From the NCBI GenBank assembly GCA_964247055.1, contig OZ176050.1, positions 4,712,001-4,776,000 of the forward strand: a stretch of 64,000 bases of DNA, given 5' to 3'. The translations under genes and the position numbers were made by a program. This DNA is from Paragordius varius. Lineage: Eukaryota > Animalia > Nematomorpha. Below, one piece after another: positions 52,743 to 64,000 of this stretch (position 1 is its first letter; every line of letters starts with the position of its first letter). Under the pieces are notes generated by a model. The model was not told where the DNA came from, made no database searches, and saw only the letters and a program-made list of their open reading frames with translations.

Positions 52743-55700
52743 ATGCTGAATTGGTTAGTATTATGGACTAGTATTATAATTATAAGATATATAGACGCCA
52801 TGTTTGATATTGCAAGTATAATATATTTTTAAATTAGATATAATTCCAAAAAACGATATTAATGTTAGAGTTGGTGAAAATATATCCATACAAGTTATAC
52901 TGAATCAGCATCACATTGACAATGGATGTATCCCAGAGAACATTAAATTTTATCTTAAAGGGACAAATTTAACCTATCTTACAGCAATTCAAAGTATTTA
53001 TTACAAAATATTTACGCAATCATATATTAAAATAATGGTTTTTATTTCCTAGAAAAGTGATTTGTCATGAATAAATTATAAAAGAATGCAATTTTTAAAT
53101 GTAAACAAATAAATTATATTTGAATATATAAACAGACGAGAGTGTAGTTAATTTGCAAATAATAAATGCTCAACCAGAAGATTCAGGATTCTATCAAATA
53201 GTGTGCGACATTAATGGCTATAAAAAAGCTTTCCTTGGAGCTCGTTATGTCAAAGTTCTAAGTAAGTAAAATTGTTCTCATAATTTTTTATGCGTAAATT
53301 TAAGTTTTTTCACATTATATATTGCGGTGTAATTTATAAATCTTTTGAAATTTATTTGTTGACATTGAATAATGTTTTAATTTAAATTATAGGTATGCCA
53401 GCCTTAGTGTATGATTTTTATTGTTTCAGTCAAAATTGGATGGAAATGGAATGTAGATGGAAAGCGCCCAACACCGGTGATAAACATATTCTATATTACG
53501 GCGTTTTCAATTACCCTAATATAACAGAACGGAGGTTAGTTATACCATAAATATATCAAAAATATATACAATTTATAGAAAACTTATCTTGAATATGTTT
53601 TATATATGTAATAGGTATAGTGTGTTTTTAATTTAATTAATCAGGTTCAAATATTATAGTCAGAATCATATGGTTTTTATATGTTCTGTGGCTTTAAAAC
53701 AGTCCAATTATAATATTCTAAGCCTTTTTACATTTGTTGGATTAAATTTTAGATATAGTTAATAATTGGGAATTTATTAATCGGGTAAACTAAATGATTA
53801 ACCAAATTAGGAAGGAGAGTATTCATTTTGTCTTAATTTTTGAGATATGGTACAACGCTAAAATAATCAGTCATCAATATAATCTATTTTAATGCATAAA
53901 ATGCTAATTCACTTAAAATAGTTTTAAAATATACAAAGGTTAGGGTTTTGGTTTTATAAATTATGAAAGTTAATATTATAAATAATTATTATAGTAATAC
54001 TGATCCATGATACATGGTTTGTTATTCGCTTCATAATTTATGTAAACAATCAATTACTTTTATAATTAAATTTTATTTTTTTACCCAATTAATTTAAAAT
54101 TAATTAAATAATATATTCTTGGCTCATTTTGATGGCTAAAAATTCCGCATTTTGGTAGTTTATAGGATAAAACATGTGGCTTATAAATTACGAGGACCAT
54201 TTAGTAATCGCAAAAATGAATAATATTAGAACGAGCTATTGGTATTGAGCCGCTGTTTATATTAAAAGAGTGGGGAATCGTAGTCTATAATTTCTGAAGC
54301 TTATTATCCAGAGAACTTAAAAAAATGACCAAATATTGTTCAGTTATGCGTATTTGGTGTATTCCATAATATTTTGCATATTATTACATTTTATCTCACA
54401 ATTGATGAAATATTGTAAACTCTATCAAAAACCTAGTTGAAGGGGGCTTAAAAATTTCAAACATTATGCCTATTATTAAATCTAACATATTTATTTAGCC
54501 GGTGCCCATCAGATCGGGATATATTCCTTAAACAAATTAACCTTGATTCACATACTCTCAAAGCAAATGAAGAAAAGCACAATCAAGTTGTTGAAGGTTT
54601 TTATCAGTATTATCTTATTTTTTGTGTCTATTCTAGCATTTTGCATGAATTTATGTAGATCTTCACTTTTTTACCTAATATATATATATATATATATATA
54701 TACTTTGTTTATAAATATTCCTTATTATTATTTTTAATTACTAATTATCATCTTTTTATATTTAATTATGTTAGAGATTCATTGTAACCATATATGTTCT
54801 TAATAAGATATTTAAATGCAATTTAATTTTTAACAATTCATAGAATATCTCAGGGTTTAAAATCGTCTTTAATTAAACCAATGAACATTTTTGTAAAAAC
54901 GTATTTTTAGGCAGTTGTAAATTTGTCAATCGACCATTTGGTTTCAACGATGATGATATCAAATTTTTTCCTGACTGGAAGTATTACTTCATTATGTTAT
55001 CGTACAATGAAATCGAACAGCGCTCACAGTATTTCAATATAACTCCCAAAGGTAAATTATGACATAATTTAATTTAAAAGGGTTTTTTTGACTCAAATAC
55101 TATTTTTTAAACATTAAAGATATTTTAATATTTTTTTAAGTTTTGATTTATCATATAATAATTATTATTATTAAACGATTTACTTTCATATTGTAATAGA
55201 TATTATAAAACCGGATCCACCTCTTGTTAATGTTACAAGGCGAGATCGGACCATAGAACTTAAATTATTATCAGCAACTTCCATTTTCCCTGATACACTG
55301 CCCTTGGTATATAAAATTTAAGTTTTTACAAAAAAGGCTTCCATATTCTATGACATAAAATTTATCATATATTACATTTTAAATAAGAAGCGTCCAGTAA
55401 AGGCGAATATTTTTTAAAAACCGTCATACATGCGATTTTTTCATATAACCTATCGTTTAGGCTTCCAAAATTATTAAACTGTATTTTCTATTATATTTTT
55501 TACTATTTAAATAAAATTTGGTATTGTATTTTTAGATATTTAGTTTAAACTTAACCATTCCGGCATACCCAGCATTTTGGAAAGTTTGGTCCTTTCGTTT
55601 TAGACCGGCTACGAGTGGTAGCGCTTTTTATGATATGTTGAGGGATGCTTTTAATGACACCAAATATCAACAAAAACAACCTAATGTTGTGAGAAGAAAA

Positions 55701-58700
55701 CTTGAACGAATTATTCAACAAAATGATGTTTTGGATGCAAAGTAATAAAATTTTTATTATCTGAAATATATCACTATCCTAAAGTTTATTATTTTAGCTT
55801 TTAAGCCAATGAAATATTTATAAATACCAAATTTTTTTTATCTTTTTTGACCTTTTTAAAAAACTCTTAAGCCCCTGATGAAGATGTATATTATCTTTTG
55901 ATAACACTCTATTTTTGGGATAGTTTTATACGCAGAGAATGATATATAAATATCCTAAAAGGTATTAAAGTTATATAGCCAAATTTGAAAATGCGCTTCG
56001 ATTATTCTTTTAGGCGAATTATACAAAATTTCTCTTTTAAAAAATGTTAAATTAAAAAATCTCCATTTTAAACTTGTTGCTATTATTTTTTTCTTAATGT
56101 TGTTTTGAATCGCTTGTGCAACATGCAAATGTATCTTTTGGTTAGAAAAGGTAAATAATTACCTCTAAAAAGCTTTCAGGCTACATGTTACCAGCAAAAA
56201 CTTGATATATTTTATTATAACATCAGCTGCTGTTTGTTTCAATTGTGTTTTGGAGCTGTCTTTAGACTGTAGAAGTCACAAAAATGTAAAAAATATAAGC
56301 TTTCATATGTAACACATGAGAACAATGTTTGATAATTAAATTATAACACTGTAGTTTATTTACAAAATTAAGCTTTGGGATATAAAACCACCTTAATATG
56401 TAATTTAGGACAAAAAAGTGAATAGGTTAGATAGTGTTAAAAGAAACCTGGGCTTTTTATATATTGATACCATATACAATTCAAATTTCTTAAACAATTT
56501 AAATTCACCCTCGAACAATTCTAATCTCAAATAAATTATATATTTATTAAGATTAAAAATTATTTGTATTTTTATATATTTTTAAAAAATAAAATTTTGT
56601 TTTAACTTAAAATAATACTGAATAAGCCAAAAAGGTATATTACATATTGATAATGAAATATATTAGTTGGAAAACGCATAATGTTTTAGTGTTTTGAATT
56701 GTTCGAGGGTGAATTTGAGCTGTAATATAATATTATATCAAATAAATGAAACACTGAATTCACTATTGTTATTATTTAAAGTAAACGACATAGAAGATTA
56801 TGGAAAAACTATGATATAGATCATACCATATTCGCTAATATGAGCTCAAGTTATGAAGTTATTTTGGCTGATCTTTACAAAAATGCATCCAAGCTATCCC
56901 TCTTTCAAGTCCATCATCTCAAAAGTCCCCACATTGATTGGTCGGAATTCATTATGGATAGTAATATAATTTTTATAGCCTATAGTTTTATATTTAGTTA
57001 ATCTTTGAAAAAAATTGAATTTATATAAATTTAATTTTTGTTTAAATATACATCTTAAACTATAAAAATTTGGTTATAGACAAGAGTTATGAAGGAAAAC
57101 TGTGGTTAAATCACACGACATTTACAGTTTATATATCTGATCTCCTACCATATGTGCAATACAAAGTATTTATGTTAAGCAAACCAGTTAACAAAGGATT
57201 TTATAGTGATCCACAAAATTTCACGTTTGATTTACCTGAAGCAGGTTAATTATATCAAATTGTTTTTATAAATATATTTAATAATGGTTGTTTCATAAAA
57301 ATACATCAATATATATTTAATCACAATTAGCACCAAAGTATATTCCCCGTACTTCGATTAGCGCATTTGAATTGACAAGAACATACACGGAAAATAACAA
57401 CAAACTAACTATTTATTGGAAGGTAACGTATTTATCAAAAAATATTTAAAAATATTAGATATCTAGCCCTTCATATTTTGAACATATTCTATCTTTACAG
57501 TAAATTTAATTAATTTTTATATGTATTCGATTAATATTTTTAATTGCTCGAAACAAAATTTATCGTTCTTTGTACTAAAAAAATTTGGGTCGGATATCAT
57601 GAGTAAAAATGTTGGATATAATATTTTTCGATGGTTTTTTTAAAATGTTTATAGAAATATAAATATAACTTTGTTATTGGCAAAGCTATACGTCTGTATT
57701 TAGCATTTTTATAAATTATGAAATAACGTATTAATTGGATCAATAGTCGGTACCATCTGTATTTCAATTTGGAACTCACTTTTATTACAATGTGTACGAT
57801 GAGGAGAACTTGGTAGCAACCAATTTATCCAACAACTTTTACGCTATTCAAGTCGAGAAATATAACTTAAAACGCCACTTCTTCACAATAACGAGTGTCA
57901 ATAGAATGGGTGAAAGTGAACAATCCCTACCTATTCCTTTTTGCCAGAAAGATTTTTGTAAGTTACATGGACCAATTTTTTTTTAATTTTAAAATTGATT
58001 CAAGACCATATATTTTAGCAAAGATTTTATAATTTTGTTTTGCATACATATTCGCATGCATTATTAATACAAATATTTTAGTACCAAACCCTTTAAATGT
58101 AAGGGTAGTCCATTATTCACGAACGCAATATAGTTTGATTTGGAGTTATCCAAGAAAAGTGGATCACATTGGATACATAACGGTAGTTATTTTCCCTGTC
58201 ATATATTGTAAAGTGTAAAAATCGAAAAATTAAATGTTTATTATATCCTTTTATTTTAAAATCCGAATTGCAATAAACACTTTTGCATTTTTTAGTATAA
58301 TACGGCCGTAAAGGGTTTAAATTGTTTTAAAAATAAAAAATGGAATTTTTTAAATATTTTTTCCAAATATGATTTTTTAGTGCTTAAATAAATAAATTAG
58401 ATATCCAAAAAGTATTCATTTTTTGCTTATCCACGGATATTAATCATTTAAAAAAGCTAAATAACAGTTTACATATAGATTTCTAAATCATATTATACCT
58501 TAAATTTCCATAAAACTTTCTTTCCTACAGGTTTATTGGTGTAAAATTCACAAATACATACCATACACGTGTGGTCCGGATATAGAGTGGCGAAGATTAC
58601 AGCTTAATGATAGCCTTTTAACCGTTTATACGTATGATACATCATCAACGAACAACGCTAACTTATCGCCATTAAACAACTTAATTGCCAGTAATAAAAA

Positions 58701-61700
58701 ATTTATCAATATATCTGAAATCCGTGCTCCTTACAACCAACAATCATTAGCAATTAACCAAGACCCGTATCTTAGATTGGCTAAAGCACTCAAAGTTAGA
58801 TATAATGAAACACAATTCATTGTTCCACTGAGTATTGCCGCCTTTAACCTTACGTTGGATACAAATTTTTTGGCTGGTGTGGCTTTTGAACCTCCTCTTG
58901 GTCCCGATCAGAGTTTTTCGTCTCAAGGCATAGTTTGGGGATTGTGTGTACTCAAATATCAACAAGGTTACCCATCTTTTTTGAGTTATTAAGCTTTTTT
59001 TAAGTTATAACATGAAATGTCTAAAACGACAACTCAACTATTATACTTAATTTTATACATTTATAATACTTAAAAAACATGGAAAAAAAAAACAAATTAG
59101 TAATAGTTTTTTATCGATCGTGTGAAATATTACACGTATATTTGTGTTAGCATTTTCATAATTATACCATTTTAAATTAAAAAATATAACTTTTTAAGAC
59201 GTAATATTTTTGTTTGCATAGAACCCAAACCACCTAGACTGAGTTCGCAATCGTGGACGGCCCTTACCTCCCATTCGATTCGCATTGACTGGACCAAAGA
59301 AATGTGCCAAAGTGAGGGTGGCCCAGTTGCTTATTATGAACTAACGTACGTTCCAATACGTTACATGGATAACCATATTGATAATACAATCAAAAATAGT
59401 TTTGTAGAAAAGAGGGGATCTTTTGTAACACCCTTAAACTCTAACATTGGCGGTACAAGATTGAAAATAGATAAATTACCTCCTATACCTAGGTATGTGG
59501 CGATATTTTATTGGATTTTTGTTATATAATGAGATTTATTTGGATTATGATCGAAAACTCTTTGGAAGAAATAACTTTAGAGATTGATTTTTAAGCTTTT
59601 TAGCACATAATTAAATTATTAAAATAAATTCATATTGCCTATTAAATTAATTTTTTTTACACAACAGAACTGAAAATAATGCGTTTGCAGAGCCCGAAGG
59701 TTATGGAGGGGACCGATTCAAAGGGTAATTTTAATAATAAATTTTACATAAAAGTGTAACATTTTTTTGATTAACATTGAGCTAATATCTTAATTATAAA
59801 ATGATTTGATAAACAATAATATTTTTACAAAATCTATTTTAACCCGATTGTTTCAACCGCATAATATAATAGAACACCAAAAGTTTTGCGAATTCACGTT
59901 CCAATACCTGAACCAGAAACATTATCACATCCTGCTACTCTGTTAAAAAGTAATAAAAGTAAAAGTAATAATAAAAAACCTAAATCGTTCCGTGAATATT
60001 CACATGCTGTATCCAGCGTGGCCAAACCGTTACGACGGAGTTATCAAACAGCCCTTCGTAAACGCCTTTTCAAGGAGGCCAATAACAAAATTTTAGTTAA
60101 CAAAAACCAAAATGGGACAATGACACAACATTATTTAGATGCATTAGATGAGGATGCTATCAGAATGTATTCTGGAATTATGAATTCAGATGAAAACAAC
60201 AACAATAATGAAATAGTCGAGGAACAGTACCCATTATTTGCCGGCTCTGATTGGGATAATGATGCTTTACAAGATTACAAACATGATGGGCCGGTTCAAC
60301 ACATAAAAGGTAGGATAAAATATTTCGTTACACCTGTTTATGAATGTATTATTGTGGGTTATCATGAGAGAGATTATGATTATTTTTTAAGAAATTGGGT
60401 CTTTTACGTCATATAAAAGTATTAGATAATGGTTTTTACCTATTTACATTGGTAGATTCACATGGTTTTTTAATTTTTTGTATTTGACATTTATTAATTG
60501 TTGTAAACCTATAATAAGCATTTATCCAAATTTTTTGTTGGTTTAGTTAAACATTCATTTGCATTTCTGATATTATGGTTATGACCAAATTTATCGATCA
60601 AAATAACAATTTTTACCGATCAAAACGCGATATATTAACATTATTTTTCGTTAAAAATGCATTTTTATATTATTTACAAATTAAGGTATCCCATATTCCA
60701 ATGCTTCCTATGCAATTATTTCTGGCCTTCAGCCCTATACGACATACCTTGTGTGGATGCGATCAATAAGCTTAGCTAAATCGATTAGTGCCTCTTCTCG
60801 ACGCATTCATGTTACCACGCTTCAAGATTGTAATTTTGCTATATGAGATGCTCCTTTTTAATTTATATAATTTTCTCTTGTTTTAACAACTTAAATATTG
60901 TTTTTTAAATTGATATGCTTTTTTATACAACCTAGAATGGTCTAATACGCATTCATGTATTATTTACAGTAAAAATTGAATTTATATGGACAAAATGTAA
61001 AAATAAAGACAAATATTCTTTTTTAAAAGACAACAATACTTTTTAAACCTTAATTAATTTAAATATAAGTTATTGTTTTGAACTGTAAATTATAAAATAG
61101 AGACGTATATTGGTAACACAATCAATGACATATTTTACGATTGTTATTAAATAGCTTAGATAGTAAAAATTAAAGTTTCAAAAATTTGGAAAAAAATATT
61201 TGTCTTTATATTTTTATATTTTGTCCGTATAATTTCGGTTTTTACTGTAATTCGGTTTTCTTCCATATTTTTAAAGATAAGGTTTTTCTCCACTTTGACT
61301 AATTGTATTTACATCCTTATTTGGTTTTTTTATTAATTAATTGTATAGTACCGGTGGATCCATGTACAAATTTGAGTATAGCAAGTTCAAGTGAAAACGC
61401 TATAGAATTTTTGTGGGAACCTCCGAAAATACCTAATGGGCCAATCTCTCATTATTACATTACAGTTAAATACATTGAACCAATGTATGCCATAAATCAT
61501 ACATTGTTACCTCATCCATTGTCTATCAAACATAAACGTATATTTTTTAATTTATTTTTTTTATTAAGGAGTTGCCAAGAAAATATGTTTAAGTTTTTGT
61601 ACGTAATCATACAGTCATGTATCCTTTATTTTATCAATTTTTTCGTTAAATGGGTATTTATATATGGTAAGAACGGAAAAACAGCTCGGTAATTTTTATT

Positions 61701-64000
61701 CTTTTTGATGAATATAATATTGTTAATACCATAGAACTCTTGTATTTCCATTCTTTAACAAATATTTATACCTCCATTTAACGAAAAAATGGATAAAATA
61801 AAGGATATATGATTATAAATGGATATCACAGGGTGCTAAAAAAAACCGTTATAAACTATATTTTTAGTGCTTTTTACTTTTGTGGAAAAAAAGTTTTTTT
61901 CACTAAATAAATGTGTAAATTACATTTTTGTGTTTCAATGGTATTTAGACCTGAACCATAGTTTATATCTCCCATATGCCGTTATTAAAAAACGGAGCAT
62001 TGCAGCAAAATTTGCAGTTGGAAACATTAACAACAATGATTACCATATAACACATATTAATAACGTTCCTGCCACGATCAAAAATTTGGAGAATGCGATA
62101 ATTTATGAGGAACAACGGTTTACTACATCACAGCCAAATTATACGCTTAAATCTAAGCAATGGGTTGGCCTTTCCCATTATATTATGAATGTTAGTGCTT
62201 GTAATATGGTAGGATGTTCACCAACATCGAAACCCAATAATTTTGTTACACCGATCAAAGGTATAGTATATAATAATTTCCTATAGATTATACGGTATAT
62301 TTTATCGTGGAAAGTGTTGAAATTCTCATATAAATTTTTAATAATAAAATTTTTTATAACATTATTTCATATATGAATTTTAATTAAATGGGAATAAATT
62401 TATATAGCGATTATTTTGAGTTGCTTAAGTAATTTTGCTGGGCATAAAAAAGTTATGCTGACGAATTTTTACCTTCATTCAATTTATTTGAATATGAATG
62501 AATGACTGCTGAGTTAATATTTAACTTTTTGCTGGACTTCATGGACAAATTTTCTGTAGACTGATTTGTTTGAGGATAAATTGATTAGATTGGATATTGT
62601 AAGGTGGGTGTCATCTGTTAATTGTTTTGACCATCTTTTTCTAGGTTTAATTCTAATCTCTATTATATATAACTTTTACAGTTCAAATTCACCTTGAACA
62701 ATTCAAATTCGAACAATTCAAATTCACCCTCGAACAATTGAAATTCACCCTTGAACAATTCAAATTCACCCTAAAAATAAATTATGTGTTTTCGAACTAA
62801 TATAATTCTATTAATATAAAACATATGTTTATGGTATAGTTTATTATTTTTAGTATTATTTTAATTTAAAACAAAATATTTTTTTTTGAAAAATATATAA
62901 GTTATAGATAATTTTTAAACTTAAAAAACATATATTTTATTTGAGGGTGAATTTGAATTGAGGGTGAATTTGAATTGTTCGCGGGTGAATTTGAATTGTT
63001 CGAGGGTGAATTTGAATTGTTCAAGGGTGAATTATTGTTCAAGGGTGAATTTAAATTGTTTTAGGGTGAATTTGAATTGTAAATGATATATTTAAAAATA
63101 CATTTCAATCTTCAAAATTGTAATAAGTAAATTTTTATTATATTTCATAATTTTATATTATTCTAAACAGCCCCTTCAATGATTGCTATGCCCCAATATA
63201 TGCTACTAAATCAAACACATATAATGTTGAAATGGAAACCGCCACGGTTTCAAAGTGGAGAACTTTCCCATTTCGAAATTTTGGTAAACATTCTACTCTT
63301 TATTTTATTTTAGTTAAAATTTTAGGTAAAAGTTCAATTTGTATTTTTTAGGTATAGGTCAATACACTTTTTTATCCATACTAACATACACTTAAATACC
63401 CTACATAATAAATTAATGGATTTATAATGATTTCTTACGCCCGTATTTAATTAGGCGTATTTATAAATGAATGCCATACTATAATTTAAACTATAATTTA
63501 GGTATCAAAAGATGCCAAATTCTCTTCTTTATCTGATGAAACAATTTTGACGAATCGTACCCTTAAACCCGACATAAAAATTTATAAAACAGGCAATGAT
63601 AATTATGGATATGATCCAGTACTCAATATGTACACCTTTAATTTATCCATCGATTGTACCAAACTTTTTACCATGTTGGATAGGGTCGATTATTATGGTA
63701 TTACCGATAACAATAATATCATTAAAAATGGTTACACAAATATAACGTCTCTTCAACTCAATACCTCTCAAACTATTTCACCTTTGGTAAAAAAGCGTCA
63801 ACTAAATGTCCGTGAAATTACGACAAATATTATCAACATTTCTCAATCCTCATTTTTTGAGAAATTTCCAAATAATATTACAGACGTGCAATCACCACGA
63901 ACGAAGCATGAATCGCCAAAAATATTTAATAATTACACAATGTCTGCGTTTGATCTAAGAGACTTGAATAATTTTTCCAATTATTTCGTAGCAGTACGGG
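52743..64000 (+). CDS. Domeless/gp130-like type I cytokine receptor, ectodomain only (3' truncated by window)
   Basis: Signal peptide MLNWLVLWTSIIIIRYIDA, then an Ig-like domain (DSGFYQIVC). Cytokine-receptor homology module: PALVYDFYCFSQNWMEMECRW, DIIKPDPP, and GFYSDP at the WSXWS position. At least five further FN3 domains follow (e.g. WEPPKIPNGPISHY, GLQPYTTY). About 22 exons; no TM segment before 64000. Confidence 0.8.
55905..56436. mobile_element. piggyBac-like element, copy 3
   Basis: ATAA|CACT ... AGTG|TTAA; colinear with copies 1 and 2. Confidence 0.65.
56466..56735. mobile_element. 21-bp-repeat MITE, copy E (diverged)
   Basis: Degenerate ends and the shared core; lies 30 bp from piggyBac-like copy 3. 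Confidence 0.7.
60967..61247. mobile_element. Tc1/pogo-type MITE
   Basis: TA|CAGTAAAAA..TATGGACAAAAT ... ATTTTGTCCGTATAATTTCGGTTTTTACTG|TA. Confidence 0.75.
61612..61815. mobile_element. Tc1-type MITE
   Basis: TA|CAGTCATGTATCCTTTATTTTATC ... GATAAAATAAAGGATATATGATTA|TA; TIR about 40 bp. Confidence 0.7.
62667..63091. mobile_element. 21-bp-repeat MITE, copy F (core as in C)
   Basis: About 5 units left and 7 right, including truncated units; right end TGTAAATGAT-ATAT. Confidence 0.9.

Overview
Very AT-rich eukaryotic (animal) genomic DNA with spliced genes. I cannot name the species from sequence alone. TEX264 and a gp130/Domeless-type cytokine receptor point to a metazoan. I assembled ten gene models by hand across GT-AG junctions: RPS15 (+), EXOC6/Sec15 (-), mitoferrin SLC25A37/28 (+), an unrecognised small Cys-containing gene (-), a PNP-family gene (+), SLC33A1 (+), ALG12 (-), TEX264 (+), PSMD5 (-), and a Domeless/gp130-like receptor (+) that runs off the window end. 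Family calls come from remembered motifs, not database searches. Main observations: (1) at least 12 introns are only 22-29 nt, next to kb-sized transposon-filled introns; (2) two foldback/MITE families with different 21-bp subterminal repeats share the same termini; (3) a GC-rich long-TIR element of unknown class; (4) nested transposons whose insertion order can be read; (5) a PNP with altered base-binding residues; (6) a TEX264 lacking its C-terminal LIR tail; (7) large Asn/Ser/Thr-rich insertions in several conserved proteins, including most FN3 domains of the receptor. No rRNA, tRNA or CRISPR features were seen.
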